A stretch of DNA of 64,000 nt, from NCBI GenBank assembly GCA_951406725.2, contig OX597832.1, forward strand, positions 69,750,001 to 69,814,000, given 5' to 3'. This DNA is from Octopus vulgaris (taxonomy: Eukaryota). The notes beneath the pieces were generated by a model, which was given only the letters and a program-made list of their open reading frames with translations, did no database searches and had not been told where the DNA came from. A program made the position numbers and the translations under genes. Positions 53,685 through 64,000 of this stretch are shown here, one piece after another. Within the stretch, counting starts at the first letter, position 1, and the number at the start of each line of letters is the position of its first letter.

Positions 53685-54654
53685 CTCTGGTCAACAACGA
53701 AGATGCTTCTGAAACCAGAGTAGCAATTTCCAACTAATTTTAGGTCGCTGATAATGAATATCATGGTTAAAAGTGTTTGTTAGCTCTACTTTTCAAGATA
53801 CAAGTACGTGTCACAAGAGGTTCCAACAGCAATATATTTCTTATCACATCCACAGTCCCACTGCCCTTCACTATTGTTCCAGCAGTCATAGGAGGCGGTT
53901 GTGCTGAGGTGAAACGTAAGTGATTTTCCAAGTCAAACACTTTTAAAACTTATAATAAATATTCATTGAGCGAGCTATTAATATGTATGTGAGGCATTTT
54001 ATATTAATTCTATTTTCCTGCTGAATGATATAAATAATTCTGCTAAGCTGCCATGCTCTGTATTACAATGATGAATTTAAGAATGAATTTTCTATTTATC
54101 TTCTAATTGTCTTTTTTTTCTGCTTTCAGATGTCTCCCCCTTGTGTGAATAAAGCAGGCAACTTCTGCTACATTTGTGATGAGGTGGCCTTTGCATTACA
54201 CAAGCGCCGTATAACTGCTATTGTTAGAAAGGCGTATCAACTATATTTTGGATGCAAGACTGGCGACCAGGATAGACCTTTTTCCGGCGAATTGTAGGGC
54301 AGTTAATGAAAGATTTCACCAACGATATTTCAACCATGGAAAAGTGGTACCAGAGTAAATAGCGTACAACAATGCTTGCAAACAATAGCTGGACACTGGC
54401 AAGAGGTGATTCTTCAGCTCACCCTACGTGTCAAGCAAAACGGCAGAGAGTAGATACGGATTAGAGATTAAAACATAATGACACATCTTGTACGTTATAA
54501 TAAAATCAAACAAATATTACATGTCGTGTGTGTTTATGCCCATAGCTAGGATGTATCTTTCCAGGTGATATTTGGATTCATGACATGAAAAAACATAAGA
54601 CTTAACTAATCTCATTTAAGAAGCACAAAACTTTTCTAAAATGGTTGACCAGTG
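53685..54654 (+). mobile_element. Internally deleted Chapaev3-like (CMC) DNA transposon
   Basis: TIR-like CTCTGGTCAAC...GTTGACCAGTG; N-terminus MSPPCVNKAGNFCYICDE...AYQLYFGCKTGDQD joined to C-terminal RFHQ/DISTMEKWYQ..MLANNSWTL. Confidence 0.75.
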
Positions 54655-55432
54655 CTTTCAGTATAAATGCCATTATTTTGAATGAGCTCTTGTCATTTGT
54701 CAGGTAGCTTTTTGATTCTTCTCAAGTAAAATTCAGTCCGCTTCGACATGAAGAAGCTTAACACTTACGTTTTCACCTGATCATCCTGAGAAAATATTTT
54801 CCACATCAATTTGTAGAGGCGAAGATAGAAATCCGTTGGTGCAAGGTCTGGTGAATTTTAAAGAAGTGGTGTTTAAGTTGTATCTCTGATTCTACTTTAA
54901 CAGCGGTACGACAGAGATATTACAGAATAGGTTTTTTACATACTCCGCTTATGCACAATGCAATGACAGTTGACCCTATCAGATGAGGAAGTCATGGTGC
55001 AAAAGAACAGACGAGCTACGAAATTCAATACAGCAACTTTGTGATGCAATTTACACTCTCACTCATCCGTTTCTCTATCGAAACACTCCATTCTATTATC
55101 TGCAACAGTGATTTGTATGCGGTACAATATCATATTAAAATTCCAAGTGTTATTTATAGAATATTATTTCAATTGTAAATCTTCATATCGTGTGGAGATT
55201 TAATTATCGTTTCCTGTAAATTTGATTACTTCTCTTTTACACACAGACTTGTTTGATAATTATCAGAATGGGAGAGGAGAAAACGTTCAGTAAAAAACAA
55301 TAAGCATAACATTTACTGAGTTTCCCTGTCATAAACTAAAGTCTGCCATTGATCGTTTGCATTTGATTATGTATGCATACACGCATACATGCTAAACATT
55401 GGCACATACATACACACATGTGTATATATATG

Positions 55433-55499
<67 letters not shown>

Positions 55500-55801
55500 A
55501 TACACACACACATATGCATCGCGTGAGAGAGACATTTGGGAGCAGTACAATTTACATAAATGATAAATCATAAACATATAAAGATTAAAAACGATATTTT
55601 TCCAGATCGATGATTTCGTTTTAAAATTACATACATATGTACGTACGTAGTACATACAAACATACGTATGTATGCATGTATGTATGCATGTATGTATGTA
55701 TGTATATATATATTATATATATATAGACACACATATATATAGACATACATATATATACATATAAATACATACATATACATATATACATACACATATGATG
55801 C

Positions 55802-55867
<66 letters not shown>

Positions 55868-56094
55868 GTATATACATATAGGCATCTATATATTTGCGTG
55901 TGTATCTGTGTGTGTGTTTGTATTTAAATATTTTATGTTTCTTTTTATAACTATTACACCTATATCCCTGTCTTCCTGTGGCAAATATAAACACACATCT
56001 GTACATTATACGAAGGTCATACTAAGGACACTGAAGACTACTTTTCGCAAAGCATACACACTCGCGCACACACACATACACACATACATGCACA

Positions 56095-56341
<247 letters not shown>

Positions 56342-57183
56342 TGCAAGCAAACGCGAGTTTTCGCCAATGATTGTTCATTGAATATATATTAATTCAGTAA
56401 ATCTGAGATAAATAATGCAGAGGAAACTTACTGACAGAAACAGAACTAAGTATTCACATAGTTTAGTGAAAGCTGCCGGACACAGCTCGGAATCAACTTA
56501 TGTAAAATACATTTAAGTTTTTCCTCCAGAGAATCGAGCTAACTCTTCAGGAAGGTGTGAAAATCATCTCCTGCCAGTCTTGCAGTGAGTCGGCGTCCCT
56601 TCAATCGAATAGAGATAGATTTTATATCATCAATATCTGTAATATTCATGGCGGAAGATAACTGTCATAGTTTGTTATTTCTAATCGTTCTCTCTACTTG
56701 ATTAGGCTAAAATATTTTACATTGCCGAATTTTCCAACATTGATGTTCTCTCATTTGCCTACATTGATCAATATAATTCTAATTCATGGACAATCATCCT
56801 AGACATCAGGGATCACTGATGATGATCAATTCATACATATGTCATATCGTCCCACGAGGAAATATATATGAAAATCAAAAAAGAAAATGCTTTGCGAACT
56901 TTATCAAATTTGAAATACAGAAAATGTTAACAATTTAAAGATATGCTGTCGGTTTCAATGATTCTATTAAATGATTGAGTCATGCTGTAAAAGAAAACAG
57001 ACTGATGTTAATTAAATTCAACATTCGTGATATCAGTTCAAACATTGCATCAGTTTTTCATATAAGATTCACATGATGCTTGACGTTGACTTCCTTTTAA
57101 AGGCTGCCGAGTTGTCATAATATACACTCGCGCGTACGCAGATACACACACACACACAAACACGTGTAACATGTATGCATATG

Positions 57184-57260
<77 letters not shown>

Positions 57261-57277
57261 GATGTGTGCGTGTATAC

Positions 57278-57334
<57 letters not shown>

Positions 57335-57394
57335 TGTATGTATGTACGTATGTATGTATACACGCACACATCATACATACATACATCTATACAT

Positions 57395-57600
57395 ACAAAT
57401 TTACATTTATACTAATTATAGTGGGAGCGCTTAGATTTGTAAGTAGAGGCCTAACTGTTAGTCTGGATAAGCGTGGATTTTCAGAAAAAGAAATCAATCA
57501 AATGATTCGCACATTATACGTACAATATGTAAACGGAACAGCAAAATTTGCAAGACTTTTCTCGGGTTTAACATGTGACATTGTTTTCATTATCAACATT
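57395..57600 (+). mobile_element. RLE-type non-LTR retrotransposon 3' fragment
   Basis: [15 protein letters not shown]...GFSEKEINQMIRTL...GTAKF resembles the PIIVGALG RLE C-terminus. Confidence 0.5.
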
Positions 57601-58498
57601 TCAATGATGGAGTTTAGTATCTTTGTTAGAAACAAGCTCCTTCTCCAGAAGAAGAATTTAAATGATTATATACAGAAGACGATGCATACATAAAAACATG
57701 TTTTTATGTAACTGTTTAGAAGACTGTATTTTGTGGTGAGTAGCAATTGATTTGGTAAGGCCATCTTCTCAACGTTCTTCACTAAAAGCTACTGTGGAAT
57801 CCTCTTTGAATGTCCTACAACACAAAACACGCCCTAACGTGAGGACAACGTCTTAACTAAAGTACGGAATGGTTGTTTGCAGCTTCACTAGTCATAAATA
57901 GAAGAGATGTGAGAGATTAAACATCAACAATAAGTAAACTACAATAATACCACAACCACCACCACCACCACCACCAACACCAACAACAACAACAACAAGA
58001 ACAACAATAACAGCAACAACAACAGTAATAATGTGGCAGATGTCGTGATAGGAGAAACAAGACATATCAGCGGAACTATTCTCTGTCTTTCTGAGAACAT
58101 ACTTGGATTTTCCTGATGTCATTACGCCCATCAAATAGATCCTACTAATAGTGGAAACCTCTCCAACCAACGATTGTCCCATTACATTTTAACCGTGATG
58201 CTAGAAACAGCAATTTCGTTCCTTCTACCGCTCATCAAGTCATTGCCAACCTATCGACGTCTCTGCACTCATCACAGGAAACGATGACCTAATCAATGTC
58301 ATCCACTCGACATTGATACCACTCGTCACATTCATTACACTCTCAATCCCATGATCCTTCAGGTCAACTAATTGGACTTTGTAACTCCACCAGTTTTTCT
58401 TTTTCTTTTTCGTTTTTACCTATTATGCCTGGCTGTAAATATGCTTCACTACGTCATCTCTCATCCGTAATATCTATAATACACACACATATACATAG

Positions 58499-58530
<32 letters not shown>

Positions 58531-58551
58531 TTATATATAAGCATATATATA

Positions 58552-58621
<70 letters not shown>

Positions 58622-58764
58622 CATATATATATATATATAAAATAAAGAGGTTAATATGGTGATAACTAAATATAGATACACGCGCGCGCGCACACACAAA
58701 CACACGCACACACTCCTATACATATACGAGTGTGTGAGTGTATAAGGGTGTCTGAAAAGCTAAT

Positions 58765-58970
58765 TCAGTGAGTTACCACGCTGGGTTAAACGCGTAGCAA
58801 CATTTCGTCTGTCTTTGTGTTCTGAGTTCAAATTCTGGCATGGTCCACTTTGCTTTTCATCATTTCGGAGTCGATAAATTAAGTACCAGTCGAATACTGT
58901 GGCTGATGTAATCGTCTAACCCCAGCTACGGAATTTGCCCCCCTTGTGCCAAAATTTGAAATCAATATTA
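58765..58970 (+). mobile_element. SINE family 2 copy
   Basis: TTCTGAGTTCAAATTCTGG...CTTTTCATCATTTCGGAGTCGATAAATTAAGTACCAG. Confidence 0.75.
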
Positions 58971-59644
58971 TTACAATTTGATGACCACCACCTCTTACTT
59001 CATATACTCATTTTAATTGACTAAATACTGAACGATTCAATTACATCTTGATACTGATTTTAATTGTCCCCGAATCTTAAACATTTTAATGATTCCCGAA
59101 ACATAATGTGTAGCTTAAATAACGAGGCACGTGACCGAAATAAGTGAATGTCGTCTTGTTTGACATTCTGTAGCATTTCGCCAAGCAAGCGCTCTGAAGT
59201 GCTCTTAATAGTCTAATAGCCAAGATGTAAAATATAACGATATAACGCTATAACGACGTTGTGTTTTTATGAGACATATTCAGAATCTCGTCACTAATTG
59301 GACATAGAACAGCTGCTCACGATCGTCTTGAAATCAGGAAACTATATTAAATAAATGAAATTTACTCTTTCATGAATTCGCATCATAAATAGTTTTCCTC
59401 CCGCAAGGATCTGCCAGTTATGATTTATTGCAACAAACTAAATTTCATTTAACTCTACTGCCAAACATTCTAACGGCGTATTCGCAAGTTCAGATATAAT
59501 TAATGACATAATGAACAAGGAATTAATATATTTTTTAAATGAAAATATATTCTAGAAAGATAGAAATATAAATCAAATCGTTTTCCTCTTACAACGCTAA
59601 CAGTCAAAATAAATCTCAGATATTATATACAGTGTTATATTATT

Positions 59645-60735
59645 ATACGATGTGCTGGAGGGACCGGTATATAAGCCGGTATTTTTTTACCTCTGTCTCA
59701 TCATTAAAACATTTATTTAATTATGAAAATATTAAAAAAATTATACATTAATCCCTATTTGTGTAAGCAGTTGCATCCGTAAAAATTTTATTTGCAGAGA
59801 GCAGAAATTGAAAGAAGGTATGTGAAATGGATGTGTGTGTGTGTGTGTGTGTGAGTGTGTGTGTGTGTGAGTGTGTGTGTGTGCATGCGCGCGTGCATGC
59901 TTGTGCGTGTGTATGTGAGAGAGAAAGAGGATGAGACAGAGTGATAGAGTGAGTGAGTGAAGGTGTGTGGCATTGAGTTACGTTTGCTGGCACGGCGACT
60001 ACGAAGCTTTTGAGGCGGCAGATGACTGGGGTGATTTGAAAGATGTGAAGAAATGCCGTCTTTTCAGTGGAGCGCTTCTTTGAAGGAAACTTTTTTCGTT
60101 TTCCCTTCTGATGCACAAATGTATAGACTTTATTGTCATTGCAAAGGAGAGTTTGATAGGAAATTGAAGCCGCTTAAACATGTAGATTGTATCGGAGAGA
60201 ATGAGGGACATTTAAGTTATAAGAACATCTTGGCCAGCGACCGGTCCATTCAATTCTTTGGACCTCTGTCTGATAACGTCTTTTAAGGTACACACACATA
60301 CATAGAAAATGTGAGGAATTGGTAGAAAAATTTTACGATAGTTGATTTATGGAAGAAATTAAAAAGAAAATGAGAGCAAAAAGCACTTGTTTTTTCACAA
60401 TTTAAAATCGTTTCCTAGTAGCCGGAATTTCACAAAAAAATGTATGTTTATTAAGCACAACAGCCTGCAGTGCATGCCACTGGGCATTAAAAGCCAATCG
60501 CACAAAGCTAGAGGGGCTCTGGGTCCCTTGAATCTATAAAAAATTACCCTTTTTGCCATAGCAACCACATCTTTATAGCTTGCGAATTTTAACCGTCGCG
60601 GGTCTCATCCTCACCACGCATTTAGTATCCCTGCCAATTTTCAGCTCGATCCTAGCCTCGGTTTGGCCGCCATTAACCGTCAAAGAAAATGTGCATACAA
60701 TTTTCGTCGCAGGACTGTTTTATAGATATAGATAT
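59645..60735 (+). mobile_element. Probable non-autonomous Helentron (HINE/DINE-1-like) element
   Basis: 5' short hairpin ACCGGtatataagCCGGT; internal (GT)n; 3' CCAATTTTCAGCTCGATCC...GGTTTGGCCGCC...TTTTATAGATATAGAT. Confidence 0.45.
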
Positions 60736-60833
60736 CATAGTAATATGTATCCTCCGATTTCAAGCGACAATTTTTAAATACAAACAAATGACCGAAAAAT
60801 AATGAGCTAGCCCTAGCAAGAATTGAACCGACG

Positions 60834-60891
<58 letters not shown>

Positions 60892-60999
60892 AACCGCTCA
60901 GTCGAAGTCAACTCTCGGTCACTCGTTGGATCAGTGTCCTCCAATCAGTTCTATCCTGGGCCGCTTCCTTCAGACTGGCCATGTCCATTCCGGTATGAT

Positions 61000-61280
61000 G
61001 GAGAAAGCAGGTTAAGGAGTGGTATGACACTTTTCATATAGCACGGATTCTGCTTCAAGAATTTAAGCGTGCTGCTCGAAAGCACACTGCTGGTGTAATG
61101 AATGGGGAAAGCTTTGTTTGCAATGTTTTCAGTTGTGTATGCTTATCAAGAGCAGGGCTCCTCAACCACCAACGGAGCTGCAAATGCAAAATATAAGTTA
61201 GTCCTAGAGCACACAATGTTCCTAAAGTTCATCAACGGTCTTCCTTGGTCATTTGTGGACGGCCATCGCCATCATCATAA
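61000..61280 (+). mobile_element. RTE-type LINE 3' end
   Basis: FVCNVFSCVCLSRAGLLNHQRSC C-terminal zinc-finger-like motif, then short UTR and (CAT)n tail. Confidence 0.65.
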
Positions 61281-61659
61281 TATATTTAATATTATAATTA
61301 GTATTATAATATATTTAAGATATAATTAGGTTTCAGCGGTTTTCTCATGAGTTACACGAGGCGAGCCACCATTTTAACCAGAGAACTAAGATAATAACGA
61401 GAACTAAGATAATAATTATCAGAGTTCGAAATCACGTGAGAAGGATATATCTGTTTTCTTCAATTTTTGAGTTTAACCTTTTCCCTCGTTTTTAGTCAAC
61501 TCATAAGGTGAGTGCTTTGTGTGGCTATTCGAGTTGTTTTTTATTCTTATTTCTCGCAATTGCTGGTACTAATTTTCTACTTTTTTTTTATTAATTTGCC
61601 TCTCGGTTATAATTGCTAACTGACCACTTTCATTATAATATATTTATTATATTATAGCA

Positions 61660-61740
<81 letters not shown>

Positions 61741-61769
61741 CATTATTATTAATATTAGTATTTTTCCAG

Positions 61770-62265
61770 CTTTCTTCAAATTTTATTCCATTTCTCGCCG
61801 AGTGTTTTCCGTACACCTAGGGAAGAGAAGCTCATTGTATGCATTCCCAGATTATACATGCAAATTCACAGGTAAAATATGTATTTAAAAAAATTGGATG
61901 TTGTTTTCACAGTGATAATGCTCATGAGTCGTTCCAGTTAACACGATTTTTTGCACTTCCTGTAGGGATGGTAAGCCTGGTATCATTTTCAAATGTACCT
62001 TTTTTTAATCATTCCTAGAGATCCGATAATCACTGGTACTGTAGTTGCCTTGAGATGCCACATTTTTTCAATTTCTATTAGCAAGTCTTCATATTTACTG
62101 ATCTTGTCAAATTCTTTCGCCGTTATATTGTGATCGCAAGGAATACTCATGTCAATTAATAAACACACCTTTTTTGTCTGATCTTTTATAATAATATCCG
62201 GTTTATTAGCTTTTATAGTTTTGTCGGTATGTACGGGGAAGTCCCAGAGAATCGACAGTCACAAC
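61770..62265 (-). mobile_element. R4/Dong-like LINE 3' end (RLE) between (TTA)n tracts
   Basis: Minus strand reads DFPVHTDKTIKANKPDIIIKDQTKKVCLLIDMSIPCDHNITAKEFDKISKYEDLLIEIEKMWHLKATTVPVIIGSLGMI. Confidence 0.9.
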
Positions 62266-62348
62266 TTCAAGATGATGTTTATACCATTTGTCAGTGGTTT
62301 TGAAATGTCCAGTGTAAATACTGGTCGACTCTGTCATGTTTTGCTTTA

Positions 62349-62406
<58 letters not shown>

Positions 62407-62469
62407 GTTATTATTATTATTATTATTATTTATGTAGAAAAGAGTTTCGGAATGGAGTAGGTAAAATAT

Positions 62470-62760
62470 GTTTCATAGTGACCAGAACCACAGCAGTGGT
62501 AAAACTCCAAGCGTGGTGTATACAGCCGGCTACTCTTGAAGTCATAGATAAAATTAAAGGTTACACAGCCGCAAGGAGGTACATGTTGAGGCATACTTAT
62601 CAGAGATGGAAGTAGTAACTATAGTGAGAAATCATGATTATCTCCACATTAATATGGCTGTTCCGCAGGAACAGTGACGATGGGCACAAGTAGCACAGAA
62701 CCGTATGGTATGGTGATCCCGTTGTCTGTTAGCAGATCCTAGAGGTTCGTTCTCCTGCTT
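62470..62760 (+). mobile_element. Possible decayed RTE-like 3' relic
   Basis: Fragmentary MLRH... and RWAQVAQNRMVW (cf. RTE terminal W..AQDR..W). Confidence 0.35.
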
Positions 62761-62915
62761 GCAATATATATCGTGTGCTATTTGCATCAATAACCAGCTG
62801 GTGGAGGCTGCTCCTGGGGCTAAAAAAGCAAACGGGAGTAACGTCAATTCCTTTGGAACAGTCATGTTGATGTAGTGGTTTACATTACTTACGCGCGCGC
62901 GCACACACACAAACG

Positions 62916-62951
<36 letters not shown>

Positions 62952-63589
62952 CACACACACACACACGCGCACATATAGAGATAAATATAGATAGATAGAT
63001 GCAGAAAGAGAGAGAGAGTGAGAGATAAGGCAGAGAGAGAGAATGAGAATGAGAAGGAAAGAGAAAGAAATCGAAACACAACAGGATCTAGAGATAAAGA
63101 AGACATGTGAATAAAAGGTAGACAGAGAAAGAGAGAGGGGGAGGGAGGGAGAGAGTGGGGGAGGGAGGGAGAGAGAGGGGGAGGGAGGGAGAGAGAGAGA
63201 AAGTAAGAAACAAACGCTGAAAGATAGACAGACACGTAGACATTGAAGAAGAGGACGAACAGAATGGTTTCAAAATAACCGTTCCGAAGTCAGTAATTCT
63301 AGATAAATCGTATTCAAGGAAACAATAAATAACTGAAGATATTCAACAAAGAATGCAGTTTAGGAATGATGTCAGCTTTAAAACAACCAACTTTTACTAA
63401 TTTAACGAAATTGTTTTAATACAATAGACGAAAGTTATACAGATTTGTCTATTTTTCTTGGTAACCGTTTTTCTGTTTCCAAGGTAACTTCACAGAAAAT
63501 TAATTCTATTCTATTGTTTTGTTTTAGCTTATTTTGTAGCTGATAATATTATACTAGTAATAGTATTCGTAGTATTCGTAGTAGTATTC

Positions 63590-63635
<46 letters not shown>

Positions 63636-63899
63636 CTGGTAAATCTTCAAGTGGACCTCATTTTCTTCAATACAAATTATTCTTTGTAAGTGTATTTGCG
63701 AATGTATACAAAGAAACATACATACATACACATATATGTATATACATATACATATGTGTGTGTGCGTGTGTTTGAGTGCTTATATACAGTATAAATATGT
63801 CTATATATGTATGTGTAGGAGAGAGAGATCGCGTGCGTATGTGTATATACATGCTTCTCTCTATATATATTTGGATACATACATACACACATACACACA

Positions 63900-63990
63900 T
63901 ATTCTTTTATTCGTTTACATGTTTCAGTCATTTGACTGCGGCCATGCTGGAGCACCGCCTTTAGTCGTGCAAATCGACTCCAGCACTTAA
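63900..63990 (-). mobile_element. SINE family 1 3' end
   Basis: CATTTGACTGCGGCCATGCTGGAGCACCGCC. Confidence 0.8.
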
Positions 63991-64000
63991 CCCTCCTAAT

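Noticed and set aside
62638-63081. 147-aa minus-strand ORF
   Set aside because: First half is microsatellite; second half overlaps a probable RTE relic on the opposite strand

Overview
AT-rich, microsatellite-saturated animal genomic DNA. The SINE and LINE repertoire suggests a coleoid cephalopod, probably Octopus (inference). No intact host gene is supported, and nearly all listed ORFs are simple-repeat artefacts. The window is a transposon mosaic: Penelope-like elements (PLEs, Neptune-type RT plus GIY-YIG relics), R4/Dong-like RLE LINE relics, a long CR1/L2-group LINE with an unusual ORF1 region, RTE and Tx1/L1 relics, a mariner relic, an internally deleted Chapaev3-like element, a Helentron-like element and at least three tRNA-derived SINE families. 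The main signal is about a dozen minimal type I hammerhead-ribozyme (HHR) motifs from several unrelated short elements. Nearly all sit in (TA)n tracts, often as fold-back inverted repeats, and several carry variant catalytic cores, including a compensatory U3-A8 pair and U4C. Two non-coding ~0.74-0.8 kb elements with terminal direct repeats share another conserved HHR-like motif in permuted order. All ribozyme calls come from folding by eye; activity is untested.
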